A stretch of DNA of 64,000 nucleotides from Pseudovirgaria hyperparasitica (Eukaryota). Location of the stretch: the NCBI GenBank assembly GCA_010093815.1, contig ML996579.1. One strand, written 5' to 3'. A program made the translations under genes and the position numbers. This document shows positions 1-12,445 of the stretch, in pieces (position 1 is the stretch's first letter; every line of letters starts with the position of its first letter). The notes beneath the pieces were generated by a model, which saw nothing but the letters and a program-made list of their open reading frames with translations, ran no database searches and had not been told where the DNA came from.

Positions 1-1773
1 CCATATCTCCATGGGGCTCATACCCTTATCTGTGTTGTCAACCTCACGCAATTCGAACTTAGCTCCAAGCCCGGCGTCATGAACAAGCTCTGGCAAGGCA
101 TTCGACAGGCCACCAGCACCAACGTCATGTATCAGTCGAATAGGGTTGTTAGTCGCCATAGCCGTGCAAGTATTGATGACCTCCTGTGCTCTTCTTTGAA
201 CCTCCGCATTCCCTCTTTGCACACTGGCGAAATCTAGCTCTGCAGAGCCTTCTCCTGACGAGATACTAGAAGCAGCACCACCTCCAAGCCCGATCAACAT
301 TGCCGGGCCTCCAATGACGAAGATCTGCGCTCCAGGACCTACCAGCCCTTCTTCTTTGACAGCATACTGGGGTCTGACTGTACCAACACCTCCAGCAATC
401 ATGATGGGCTTGTGATATCCGCGAATCTCGGTGGTCTTGTCATCGATAGGGGCCTCTGTGGTAAGCGTGCGCCAATAGCCACTTGTGGCAGGGCGTCCAA
501 ACTCATTGTTGAAGGTAGCAGCTCCGATAGGCGCCTCAAGCATGATGTCCAGAGGGCTAGCAATATGCGACGGTTTGCCGACGTCAAGCTCCCAGGGCTG
601 GACAAAGCCAGGGATCAGGAGGTCCGAGACGCTGTAACCTGTGAGACCCGTCTTAGGCTTCGATCCACGTCCGACTGCACCTTCGTCTCTGATTTCACCA
701 CCAGAGCCTGTAGCCGCACCGGGATAAGGCGATACTGCTGTGGGATGATTGTGTGTCTCGACCTTGATAAGAATGTGAACTTGCTCCTTCGTGGACGTCC
801 ATACACCGCTGGCGTGGTCCGGAGCCCAGTAGCTCGCCTGCTCACCCTGCAGGACGGCAGCATTATCACTGTATGCGCTTACTACGAAACCAGGATGCTT
901 CTCATGTGTATTCCGGATCATCTTAAACAAGCTATGTGGTTTACGCATACCATCGATGGTCCAATCGGCGTTGAACTGCTTGTGCCTACAGTGCTCCGAG
1001 TTCACCTGAGCAAACATAAATAGTTCTACATCCACAGCATCTCTCTTGAGCTTGTTAGCATATGTGTCGACTAGGTATTCTATTTCGGAGGCGTCCAAAG
1101 CCAGTCCTAGCCTCCGATTTGCCTGTTGTGCAGCCGTAGCATCTGTCAGGGGGATCAGCTCTGCAGACTCTGGAATACCTTCGGCGAAGACGTCGTTGAG
1201 GTTGGGAGGTTCGCGGGTTATGTCTTGTGTCATGCGATCGTACAAGGTATCTCTAGAAGGAATTTCTGACTTGTCGATAGCCGTCTCGAATCTGGCCGCG
1301 ATGACCAAGCCACGCTCAATTCTTCTTACGCTGTTCCGTAGGCCGCATACATAGGATATGTTCGTGGCCTGCGAACTCCATGGTGAAATTGTACCCTTTC
1401 GTGGGACGATGTAAAACAGGGCGGTATGCGGGTCCAAGGGTTCTGCTTGACGATGGACGGCGTCAAGCAAAGTGGCAGATAGCCTATCTTCTGACGACGG
1501 GGAGTCGCCATATCGCAGGATGTCGGTCAACTTGAGTCTTTCTTCCTCTTGAAGTGCCTGTTTCGCGTCGACCAGATGAATCCATACGGCGCGAGCTTCA
1601 ACTGCTCCTATGTTCTTGGCTAGCTGTTGAAGGCGAAAGTCTGAGGACGCCAAAGAGCCCGGAATGATGAGGTAGGGGCCCTGCTGAGAAGTCATGTTGG
1701 GCTCAGAGCGTGGAATCCCACCTGTAGTGGTGGTGAATGGCGACGCGCTGGATAAAAGCTCGTGGTGGGGCAT
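1..1773 (-). CDS. ADE6: Phosphoribosylformylglycinamidine (FGAM) synthase, 5' part; runs off the window edge
   Basis: The minus-strand frame from ATG 1773 (alternative ATG 1695) contains the PurL motifs [14 protein letters not shown] and [26 protein letters not shown]. It is missing from the ORF track, consistent with its stop lying outside the window. Confidence 0.95.
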   Translation of the reverse strand, partial: MPHHELLSSASPFTTTTGGIPRSEPNMTSQQGPYLIIPGSLASSDFRLQQLAKNIGAVEARAVWIHLVDAKQALQEEERLKLTDILRYGDSPSSEDRLSATLLDAVHRQAEPLDPHTALFYIVPRKGTISPWSSQATNISYVCGLRNSVRRIERGLVIAARFETAIDKSEIPSRDTLYDRMTQDITREPPNLNDVFAEGIPESAELIPLTDATAAQQANRRLGLALDASEIEYLVDTYANKLKRDAVDVELFMFAQVNSEHCRHKQFNADWTIDGMRKPHSLFKMIRNTHEKHPGFVVSAYSDNAAVLQGEQASYWAPDHASGVWTSTKEQVHILIKVETHNHPTAVSPYPGAATGSGGEIRDEGAVGRGSKPKTGLTGYSVSDLLIPGFVQPWELDVGKPSHIASPLDIMLEAPIGAATFNNEFGRPATSGYWRTLTTEAPIDDKTTEIRGYHKPIMIAGGVGTVRPQYAVKEEGLVGPGAQIFVIGGPAMLIGLGGGAASSISSGEGSAELDFASVQRGNAEVQRRAQEVINTCTAMATNNPIRLIHDVGAGGLSNALPELVHDAGLGAKFELREVDNTDKGMSPMEIW

Positions 1774-1887
1774 AAATTATTCACTCTCACCCCACCAAAA
1801 AGCTTGCCAGGCGCCTGAAACTGCTTCCACATTATCAGCCAATCCGAGAGCTGCATGGAGGTCCCAACCCGGTTAGCTGAGAACCTA

Positions 1888-1906
1888 TAACCCTAACCCT
1901 AACCCT
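1888..1906 (+). repeat. Short interstitial telomere-type repeat (TAACCC)3
   Basis: Sequence taaccctaaccctaaccct, about 115 bp upstream of the first ADE6 ATG. Confidence 0.8.
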
Positions 1907-2087
1907 GATATACGAGATGCTCCCTCAGAGTGTGACGCAGCGTGACGCAGACATTCAACGAGGGCCTAACTGCAAAATTACCCCATCTATCCCAAAGGGG
2001 CCCAATCACGCTTCACGCTTACAATGTGTATGGATAACAGTACAACAGGTACATCATGTCACAAGCATCAGCCGCCCTCAGATACAT

Positions 2088-3510
2088 TTATGCGCCTGAC
2101 TTCTTAGGTTGACATTCCCGATCTCTCACCGGCACATTCCTCCACGCTTCCTCGAACCCAACATTCCATATCCACTTACTCCCTGGTAACTGCAGACTAT
2201 ACACAACCATCTGCACCATCTTAATAAATGCCATCTCATCCATACAGAAGCCCTGTTCCGGCAATGGTCCGTTCGCGGTCTTCTCTCCTGTAGCCTTACG
2301 AGATGCCTCCTTCGCCACCACGATCGCCCTTACTAACTTTGCTGCATGTCCGTCATCGCTAGGCATTCTGTTCACCGCATCCATCCACTCATACCACCCT
2401 GGGTCAACCTCCTAGGCGCCCGGGGTAAACCCTACTACTTCTTCGATCCTGAGCTCTAGAAACCCGCATGAACCATACAGCGTCAGATCTGTCCGTGCCT
2501 TCCACTCTAACAGGCGAATCTTCGCCGCATCCGGGATATACTCCACCTCCATGATTTTAGGGAAGAAGATGGCACTGTTGATGCTATTCATGTAGAATAT
2601 ATCAATTCTAGGTTCGTATGGGGGTGGTTGGGCTGCTGCAGTGAAGAAAGCCGCGAAATTCATCATCTCAGCTGTTTTCAACGGAAGGGACAACATGGAC
2701 CGTACGATGTATTGTGCGGCGAGAGAAATCATATCGGTTGATGCACGTGCCAGAATGCCATCGCGGATCTTGTTTTTGTCGTTCCATTGTACGAATGAAG
2801 TGAGGGTGGTGTTATAGAGCATTTCTGTACGAATGCATTCCAGTTGTTTTCCAGGCTGTCCACGATGGGAAGCAGCCTTCTCAGCACCAAGAAGCAGAGG
2901 GGCCATCTAGGTATCGTGTACCGCCGTCAGGGCGAGAGCTTTTGCAACAATGGCAGGTTGCGCGAATTCTAGCCCAAAGCCGAGGTGAATGAAGGGGTGT
3001 AAGAAGCCAGTGTACAGGCGCACTAGCATATCGTCTGCTTTCGGTGTGCCAGCGAAGAGGTATTCGTTCATCACAGCAGCAAGACCTTTATGTTCGAGCT
3101 CGAGCGTAAACAATTCAAGATAGTTGACGTAGTGGTCCTTAATGCCCAGATAGGATGTGAAAGCTGAAGGGTCCTTGAGCAGTTTCTGGACTTGAAAGTC
3201 ATCTGGTCGCTAGAGGGGAACCTGGTAGAGTGCATTCCGATCCAATGAGCGTTGTATTTGGTTTGGTGGCGATCCGAGAGCGTATACAGTCAGGAGGTGG
3301 GAACAATATGGTTCTGCAAGGAATTAGAGCTGGGAATTTAGGATCTGAAACAGCTGTGGAATGGTGGTCTACATGCAAAGCTGATTTGTTGGAAAAGATA
3401 TTGTAACAATCGTGATTTTTCTGTAGCACTTCTGACGCTTTCTGCGCCGATTCATAGTCAAGCTTGTCGCGACCATAAATCAGTTTCTGTATCTTGCGCG
3501 GGGTTGCCAT
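2088..3510 (-). pseudogene. Questin oxidase / AflY (HypA)-like oxidoreductase pseudogene
   Basis: Motifs HNHIVxHLLTVYALG, GFLHPFIHLGFGLEFAQPAIVA and DDGHAAKLVRA are present. In-frame TAG stops lie at 3210-3212, 2907-2909 and 2412-2414, with a 1-nt frameshift at about 3300. There is one intron at about 3314-3372. Confidence 0.85.
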
Positions 3511-4014
3511 GGTAGACGCTGTTATACAGTCCTCCGGCACTTTCAATAAGAGTAGCAAATAACTACGTCGCTATGTAGACACCTTTGTGCGAGAAGATAT
3601 CTTGTATGCACAGCGGGCTGTAAATCCGGGCCAACTAAACTGCCAGTCATGTAGTCTGATGTTCTGACTATTGTCTTCACCCTCGTAGTCAATTAGCCAG
3701 CCATACAAGGGTAGATGACGTTGATCCTAAGCAGGACGCTTCGGCCTTTCGGTAGTGCGAATTCCACTTGGCTCTCGGTAGAGTTATACTACAGATCAAT
3801 CACTCCATTGTAAGCAGGAACTTGTTCAACATCGCTTAGCTTTGTGCGTCATACCAAGATTCAGGAAGTATGTAGTACTTTTCTAGTAGTCTTCGACCGA
3901 TCACAATATGTACGACGGATGACGGCTTTGAGTCTATATTCTATTTTAGATAAGGAGTGGATTTCTGAGTTACAATAGAAACAAGGGAAATCTCCCTGCA
4001 TACATGTATCATAT

Positions 4015-5634
4015 CTACCTGTCACCGTCCAGTTCAAAATGAAAGCCGATCTGATCCAGTGTCGTGATATTCCTCCTTTTATCTCCCTGAGCTCCAAATG
4101 CTTTCCTCATCTCCGGGAATCTAGGCCTACACCACTTCTCCCATTCATTCCATCTTGGTGGAATTTTTCCTGCTCCATCATTCTCTAGTCCCGCTCTACT
4201 CTCAGCCTTCGCGCTCCAATCATGCAGTATATTGATGTATTCTGCGTCTTTCGGAAAATGCAAGACATGGAATTCACCTCCATCACCTTGTTTCGAACGC
4301 ACTGCCTCTTCCCACCTCTTCATTTCGTCTTGGGAAGGCAGCTCCAGGCGACCAGAATAGATGCGTGCCAAGAATGCGGATTGAACTTCGGAGACTTGAA
4401 ACGGGATGACTCTTTGGGGTAAAGCAAGCAAAGCAAGAGTCGGATGTTGTCGATATATGAGATGTTGATAAGTGTTGACAACGTGGGTCCCATCTTCGAT
4501 TAGGGGTGGCTGTATGGAGCCGTGTAGAAAGGGATAGGAGTAGAAATACCCTGTGCAAAACACAATACTGTCCACATCACTTTCGATATGACCATTTGAG
4601 AAAATTACCGTACGTCCATTAGGATCAAGTGCTGAGATGGTTGGGAGGTCAAGCTTATTGGACATTGGTGTCGCTGGTGTCAGATACGATTCTGATCTGG
4701 ACGAGATTATCAGGGACCCTTTGCACACAGTGGCGATCTGTGAGCCGATATCTATCCCGGACGCAGAATTGCCAACGATTATAACTTTCTGTCTGATTAT
4801 CAGCAGCAAAGACTCTGGAAGTTTAACATAAGAGACGCAGTACGTACCTTTCCAGCAAATTCGTCCGGACGGCGGAAGTATTTGGAGTGGGATATAGAGC
4901 CGGGCAGACTCCTATTCCAATTTTTTATACCGTGTATATCAGGTATATAAGGAAGATTATAGTGACCGTTTGCAACCACCACAGCATCGAAAACGTTCGT
5001 CATTTGCTGCTTTGTCTTCACGTTTCTCACCGTAATGCTCCACTGATCATGTGTATGTTGGCTCGTTGCTGGAACCAAGGCTATATTCAGTACTTGCGTA
5101 TCGAAATGTATCAGGTGACGTATATCATCTGCATACTCCTCCAAGTACTGTAGTACAGTTTCATGTCTCGGAAACAGTTGTGTATCTTTCGAGAATGGTT
5201 TATCGGAATACTGCATCAATGTATGAGGGATGTTTGTCTCCAGCGTTTCATATATCGGCGCAATAAACATAGGAACGTTGTCGTGACGCGATTCAGGAGT
5301 CACGCCATTGACTGTGTCAACCTTCCAACCACCCTTGCTACCACTCTTGAGCCATACAGGCTTCTCGACCTTACCCTTCGGGCTCGTCTGTGGTATCCCG
5401 AATGTCTCATCCGGCTCATTGTTGGGCGTGTAGTTCCATACGCCACCTACAACGCTACGCTGTTCGAATATCCTGATTGTATTGAAACTTTTCTCTGCTA
5501 GAAGGTATCTTGGTCAACCTAGATGAATTCAGGGTCCATTGCCAGCTGTTCGTGAATCTTACTCACTTCGCAGCCGCCAGACCAGCTGGACCAGCTCCTA
5601 TTATGGCAACGTTTGAGATCTTGAGAGGCGGCAT
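4015..5634 (-). CDS. Flavin-containing monooxygenase (thiol-specific FMO1-like), 2 introns
   Basis: FAD motif VAIIGAGPAG, then FEQRSVVGGVWNY, VVVANGHY, the FMO signature HSKYFR, the NADPH motif VGNSASGIDI, and FCTGY. Confidence 0.92.
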
Positions 5635-5880
5635 TGATTGATAGTCCCGTCATACGAAAAGGACTGAAGCTTTTGATTAATTCCGCGAAACAACTCAGTC
5701 ATTATTTGATCGCGTCATCGGGGCCCCGGGAGCGTCCGCCCGGTGCCCCGCCACTCATGCATGGTTCTAAAAGCCGCGGCCGGAATTCACTGGTCACAAG
5801 TTTCAAGCTTGAGTTTTCTGTCATGCACTATAAATTTCCTACTTAGCATGCTAGGGCGAACAGCACGAGCAATCAGTACA

Positions 5881-6854
5881 ATGTCTAAACCGCTGAGGAT
5901 CGGCTACGTGCCAGGCAAGACCTCAGAGTTGGTGTTTTGGTCTCCAACTAACGGGTATCGCAGAACATTTTTCAACCCCTCTCCACTTTGCGCAAAAGTA
6001 CTACAACCTGAATGCCTCACTCGTGCCGTTCCCGTCTGGCACTGGTCATATGATCCAGTCACTTAGAGCCGCGGAAATTGACGTGGGCGTTGGCCTCACA
6101 GAGGGCTGGGTTGCTGGTCTTGCAAAGCCAGAGAAAGGTTATAAGCTTGTTGGTACTTATGTTGAGACCCCACTCTGCTGGGCAATCAGTACAGGACCGA
6201 AGAGAAACATAGATGGAGTGCAGGGACTGAGAAATGGCAAAATCGGTGTCAGCCGAATTGGAAGGTTTGTTTATAATATTTTTACAGAGAGCACGATAAT
6301 GACCTAGGACTCGCATGTGTAGTGGATCCTATGTAATGGGATTTGTCCTGGCCGACCAGAACGGTTGGCTGAAGAGCCCAGGAGAGGCCCCTTTTGATGT
6401 TGTGCCTCTCGATACCTTTGCCAAACTTAGGGAGGGTGTGAAAGATGGCGTGGCAGACTTCTTTATGTGGGAGCACTTTACATCTAAGCGCTATTACGAC
6501 AACGGCGAGATCAAGAGGATAGGAGAGATATACACGCCATGGAGTAGCTGGAAGATCGTTGCAAGAGAGTCCGATGATTCCAGGCTAGATGATATGTTCA
6601 AAAGTATCAACCAGGGTGTTGCTCATTTCAACGACAACAAGGACGAAGCGGTTGAATACATCAGCACGGAGCTGGACTATTCGAAGGAGGACGCGATCGA
6701 ATGGTTGACAACAGTCAAATTCGCGCATGACACCCAGGGTGTTGATGAGAAGGTTATCGACAAGACAATCGATATACTGGCCAAGGCTGGAGTTGTAGAC
6801 CTGGCGTCCTGTAGCAGCAGCAGCGAGATGATAAGTCGCAAGCGGGCATACTAA
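5881..6854 (+). CDS. Type II periplasmic-binding-fold protein, Ca3427/NMT1-like; 2 introns, the first GC-AG
   Basis: The spliced frame reads LRIGYVPEHFSTPL, PSGTGHM, GLTEGWVAG, PLCWAISTG, GVSRIGSGSYVM and FMWEHFTSK. Confidence 0.85.
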
Positions 6855-6909
6855 GATAACCTTTTCGCGTGACGGATCCATTCTGCTGTAATCATGGCGG
6901 GGCTCAAGC

Positions 6910-7713
6910 TCAAGCCTTAGACGTAGACAGCTTCTTGCCTCCCTTTGAGATCAAGTCGAGGAAACTTTTCTTACTCATCTCTGAAGCCATTTCATCTCTC
7001 TTGTCCATACCAACCACATTTGCCTTTCTTGCCTCTCTCACGGCTTCTTCGCCCTTGACTTGTGCAGCACGAACAGCATTGAAGAGTTTCACCACACCCC
7101 TCTGCGCCATTTTCTTCAACTTCTTCTCCTCTTCAACAACACGAGCTGTAGACTCGTCAGCGTTGTCTAAGGCCAGCACATCTTTCACACGGCCCTTTTC
7201 CAAAGCTGCCCTTTTATCTTCTCGCATCTTGTTCTTTGCCTTCGCTTCCAGCTTTCCTTCTGCCATTTCTTTAATTGCAGTGGCGGCATCCTTGCTTCGT
7301 GACAGCACGGGATCCGCACGTTTCGACGTCGACAATTTGGAGCTTAGAATCCTTGATATAGAGTTTGCGAAGACCTCTGGGTCCTGTCGCTTCTTCTTTG
7401 ATTTGTTGAAGGTTGTCGAGGTCTCTGAACCTTCTGAGTCTGCTTCTGATTCCTCTGAAGCATTGGCAGCCTCTAGATCCTCTGCGTCAAAGCCATCTCG
7501 AGCTTCATTATCCGAGCCATCCTGTGGGACTGTTTCTGATACCTCTACATCCAACTCTTGCTCTGATTGGTCGGCCCCAGATTCCTCCTCACTAGAACTG
7601 TGGTATGCTCTCCGCTCTTTGGAGATCTGTTTTTGAGAGACGCGAATCTTTTTCTTCGGCTGACCTCGCATTGATTCACCGGGTCGTGGTCGTTTCTGGA
7701 CCTTTGAAGGCAT
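6910..7713 (-). CDS. RRP15: 60S ribosome biogenesis factor Rrp15
   Basis: Acidic N-terminus followed by ADPVLSRS, EKKLKKMAQRGVVKLFNAVRAAQ and SKKSFLDLI. Confidence 0.92.
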   Translation of the reverse strand: MPSKVQKRPRPGESMRGQPKKKIRVSQKQISKERRAYHSSSEEESGADQSEQELDVEVSETVPQDGSDNEARDGFDAEDLEAANASEESEADSEGSETSTTFNKSKKKRQDPEVFANSISRILSSKLSTSKRADPVLSRSKDAATAIKEMAEGKLEAKAKNKMREDKRAALEKGRVKDVLALDNADESTARVVEEEKKLKKMAQRGVVKLFNAVRAAQVKGEEAVREARKANVVGMDKRDEMASEMSKKSFLDLISKGGKKLSTSKA

Positions 7714-8012
7714 TTTGTGGAACTTGCTTTGGAAGATTAAGTATGCGCTCACACAAATGAACTGAGAGACTGAATTGGAGGCTGCCTGAATTTTTTTGGG
7801 TAGGTCGGCGGTTGCCGGCTGATAACTCCGACCCCACTATCCATCCATGGATGGATTCCGATATGTGTCCCGCTACAAATCACATATATTTGCATCTTGA
7901 ACACGTACACATTGTACATTTGATTTAAGTTTACACGGGCGAGAAGAAACGACTAGGCCGCCATACGACACTCTCCTCATCTTGCGTCCCGCAAAATCAG
8001 GGTCAGGACGCC

Positions 8013-9682
8013 ATGGTGCTTCAGGATTTGGGTCGGCGCATCAATGCCGCTGTCTCTGACCTCACAAGGTCTCAAAATCTCGACGAAAAGGTATGCTGCG
8101 TATTCAGATATCATAATGTCACTGATTGATAGTTAAGGCTTTCGATGATATGGTCAAAGAGATTGGAAACGCCCTAGTACAAGCAGATGTCAATGTTAAA
8201 CTGGTCGCTGGCCTACGATTATCCATAAAACGGAGTGTCAACTTCAAAGAGCTCGGAGCAGGCGTCAACAAGAAACGAGTGATACAAAAGGCGGTCTTTG
8301 ACGAGCTGGTGAAGCTTGTGGATCCCCACAACGAGCCATACAAGCCAAAGAAGGGAAAGGCCAATGTGATAATGTTCGTAGGTCTCCAGGGTGCAGGTAA
8401 AACAACCACGTGTACGAAGCTTGCTAGGTGGTATCAAGCTCGAGGATTCAAGACCTGCCTGGTATGTGCTGACACATTCCGCGCTGGAGCCTTCGATCAA
8501 TTGAAGCAAAATGCAACAAAAGCGAAGATTCCGTACTATGGATCGCATACACAGACCGATCCAGTGGTCGTTGCGCGGGAGGGTGTAGAAAAGTTCAAGA
8601 AAGAACGGTTCGAAATTATAATCGTCGATACTTCTGGCAGACATCGCCAAGAGCAGGATCTCTTCGATGAAATGGTACAAATTCAGAGAGCAGTCACGCC
8701 AGATCAGACTATTATGGTACTCGATGCATCGATAGGCCAGCAAGCTGAAGCACAATCGCGAGCATTCAAAGAGACAGCAGATTTCGGGGCCATAATCATT
8801 ACAAAAACCGACGGAGCAGCAGCTGGAGGTGGTGCCATTTCTGCTGTTGCAGCAACACATACCCCTATCGTCTTCATTGGTACTGGTGAGCATATGCTCG
8901 ACCTCGAACGCTTTAGCCCACAGCCTTTTGTTTCCAAACTTCTTGGTATGGGAGACATGGCTGGTCTTGTGGAACACGTACAATCGTTGAAACTAGACCA
9001 GAAGGATACGATGAAGCACCTTGCGGAGGGTGTATTTACTGTCCGGGATCTACGAGATCAATTATCCAACATTATGAAAATGGGGCCGCTGTCCAAGATG
9101 GCTGGCATGATACCTGGACTTTCAAATATGATGGGTGGGATGGATGACGAGGAAGGCAGTCTCAAGCTACGCCGCATGATCTACATATGCGACAGTATGA
9201 CCAACGCGGAACTGGATTCTGACGGCAAGGTTTTCGTCAGTCAGCCTTCACGCATGACCCGAATAGCTTGCGGATCAGGTACAAGCGTTCGAGAGGTCGA
9301 AGAGTTGCTTACACAACACAAGATGATGGCGGGCGTCGCAAAGAAGATGGGAGGAGGTATGAAGAACATGCAGAAAGCGCAAGGTGCTATGGGTGGTGGA
9401 AACAAACAGCAACAGATGGCCGCCATGCAGAAACGATTACAAAGTATGGGCGGCGCAGGCGCTGGGAGAGGGGGCATGCCTGGAATGCCTGGGATGCCAG
9501 ATATGGGCGCGCTTATGAATATGATGCAAGGCGGTCGAGGCGGCGGAGGTGGCGGGATGCCAAACATGGGCGGAATGGACATGCAATCACTGATGAATAT
9601 GATGGGCGGTATGGGTGGCATGGGCGGTATGCCAGGAATGGGCGGTGGAATGACCGGGGGAGGAAGAGGACAACGAAGGTAA
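8013..9682 (+). CDS. SRP54: Signal recognition particle 54 kDa subunit; 1 intron (8091-8137)
   Basis: Starts [10 protein letters not shown]. GTPase motifs [22 protein letters not shown] and TKTDG are present, followed by the M domain and a Gly/Met-rich tail. Confidence 0.98.
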
Positions 9683-10746
9683 AAAGATGATACTTTGCGT
9701 AAAATACGATGCTCAACTTGAGGCACTGCAAATCGTTGGTGGTGATAGGCGTCCTTGTCCGGCTTTGCATATATGGCGTTGGACAGTGCAATGTGGTAAG
9801 GTCATCAGTGTGCTGTTGTTATTGAGATGTACAGTACACTTTCTGATAACTTTGATATCCAGACTATAGTCATCCAAATCAGTATCTAATTCTCATCGTA
9901 TTCATTAACAAGAGGGTTTTGGGTAATGAGATCAGACAAATATTGCCTTTCTGTCCGCATGCCCGACCAGAAGAATGGAGCTCGGTTGGGTCCTTGGTTT
10001 ACCAGAAATGATTGTAACATCATGACGTATCATAGGTAGTAAGGAAAGTACGAACCGGTTGGATTGCAGGCTCATACAAGATTATCATGGATGGAGTGAA
10101 TTTTTTTGTTACACTTATCAGGTGGTCACCGTATCATGGAAGCACGCCCGAAGGGGCCCTCGCGGCAACTGTTTTAAAAGTGGATGAATTCTTCTGGACA
10201 GCATTTAGCATGATGCCAGCTGAGGTGATGTTGTGACTCGTGCTGGCTGCAAATCAGAGCTGCTGACGTTGGTTGTAGAGAAGAAAAAGTTAGACGAAGT
10301 TTGTCGGCTACAAACGTTTGGAGGGCCGCCAAGCCCAAAGCGCTAACGTTAGCTGGGACCTCCAAATGGATGGAATCACCTAACTGCGCAATGGCCGTGC
10401 CCAGCAAAAGAAACTCACACTTTCTCTCCACCTCCATTGCTCAAGACACTCCAGCCAGACTAATAGAGCGACACTTGAACGACCCACTATCTCACCATTC
10501 GACCTCTTAAATCTACTGCGACATCTGACAATCTATTAATCTACCGCTACATTCTCCGATACTTAAAATATCTCGACCGACCTGCTCGACCGCCGTGCTC
10601 CGCCCAAAGCCCATCTGTTCTTCCCATCTATACCCGACCAGCTTTACCTTCCTTCTTCGTAGCTTGTTCGCTCTTTTACACACACCAAGCTCGAAGACTC
10701 TCTTCTGATACCTTTGCTGTACTTTGTATTATATTATCTGATTCCA

Positions 10747-11941
10747 ATGGATTCCAAGAATGACTTGTGGACTCGCCGATCGAAGTGAGTTCCCCACTTG
10801 AACGACTGTTACGCTTGAGAACTGACTGGCCTGCACCAAAGCTCTAGCAAGCTATCACTATCCACGAGTGACCGCGACAACAAGAATGATACTACAACAC
10901 GTAATTTTCCCTCGAAGCGCTTCGGAGGGGAAGTCTCCTCGCACGGAGGTCGCTCAAACCCGTTCAATACAATGTCACCTCTGACTACCTCAAGTACAGC
11001 ATCACCAACTACAAAGTCATCCGCTTCTTTTGGACTGGGCTCAGGCGCGTTCGCAAGCTTTGGGTCGGCCAGCAAAACCCCCAAAACCCCGGGCACGGCA
11101 TTTGAGGTAGGTAAAGGCTCAAGTGCTGCACCTACACCACCACCACCGGCAGACAAGAAGGATCGAGAGAAAGAGAAGCCCACATCTAGGGCTGTTTCTC
11201 GCACAATGGGCGGATCATCAGCCACTTTACACTCTGACCATGACCGCGATACGGATCAATCCAATCCCGAGGATGCTCATAGCTCGCCGGCATATCCTCT
11301 GAAATATTCCTGGACTGTTTGGTACCGCCCTCCTACCTCGAAAAACTCCGATTACGAGAAGTCGATCAGGCCGATGTGCCGCATGAGCAGCGTCACTGGG
11401 TTTTGGAAGGTCTACACCCACTTGATCCATCCTTCGGCTCTACCCACTGTCTCAGACTACCATTTCTTCAAAGAGGGGATTCGACCGGTCTGGGAAGACG
11501 AGGAAAACAAGAAAGGTGGGAAATGGATCATGAGACTTAAGAAAGGGGTGGCAGACAGGTACTGGGAAGACCTCCTGCTCGCGTTGATCGGTGACCAGTT
11601 CGCTGAAGCTGGCGAGGAGGTATGTGGCGCGGTCGTTAGTGTCAGGAGTGGCGAAGATGTCTTCAGTATCTGGACCAAGAATGATGGGGGACGGAACGTG
11701 AAGATACGGTAAGCGACATGCAAACTCCTTTTACAGACGTCTAACAATGCACAGAGAAACAATCAAGCGTGTACTCAATCTACCGGCGGACACTATCATT
11801 CAGTGGAAGTCTCACGATGACAGCATCTCTCATCGCACTGCTATTGACCAGGCTCGGCAGGAGAAGACTACTCAAAATGCTACAGACAAGCGTAGAGGTA
11901 CCTTGAGCGGAGACGGCAACGCAGCTAGCAAGGACAAGTAG
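10747..11941 (+). CDS. Cap-binding protein of eIF4E class II (4EHP-like), 2 introns
   Basis: YPLKYSWTVWY, DYEKSI (Tyr at the Trp56-equivalent position), FKEGIRPVWEDEENKKGGKW, WEDLLLALIG, and a long Ser/Thr-rich N-terminus. Confidence 0.9.
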
Positions 11942-12445
11942 GCTATCGCCATGTCGTGCCATGTCGTAACATGTCACGTCAAGTGTCCTAGATCATTCAT
12001 GCCGATATTTGTTTGCATTAAGGTTTCAAGGGTTCTTGCATTTTTTTATTAGCGTTGTCTGGACGATTGGACATATTGGGACGGATGTATTGTGCGACTG
12101 CATCTGACATTAAAAGCGTCTTTGCGAGCTGCCTTTTGTATTTTTACCTCTGTACTTCCAGTAACGGCGCGACGGTTTGTCACTAGTCGGCATAGGAATA
12201 CTGGAATCCTCGACGATTTGACGAGCTTGCATTGTCTATCATAAGGCAGGTGCAGGCCATAGCTCAATAAACAATGAATTCACTTGACAGATGCAACGCT
12301 ATACTAGTTTACATAATAATATACCAAATAAGAGACGCAGTATTGCCTTTTCTGATTACAGATCTGGCATGATCTTCTGGCAGAATTTCTCTGAGCTGAA
12401 CTGGACACTTTTTTTGGCCCAACCAACCTCGGGAAGTTCGTGAAG

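Noticed and set aside
399..1511. ORFs 412-1023(+), 1046-1354(+) and small minus-strand ORFs
   Set aside because: They are antisense or off-frame shadows of ADE6, whose true frame runs off the window.
1861..1920. Telomerase RNA template or true chromosome end
   Set aside because: There are only three repeats in a promoter gap of about 310 bp flanked by genes, which is too small for a fungal telomerase RNA and is not terminal.
5881..6330. TPP riboswitch in introns of the NMT1-like gene
   Set aside because: The introns are only about 50-60 nt and lack the CUGAGA and UGAU..UAAU..GCG core.
6869..7636. 255-aa plus-strand ORF
   Set aside because: It is the antisense mirror of RRP15 and has no recognisable motifs.
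10090..10115. AATTTTTTTG Sm-site-like tract
   Set aside because: No U1, U2, U4 or U5 signature sequence is nearby.
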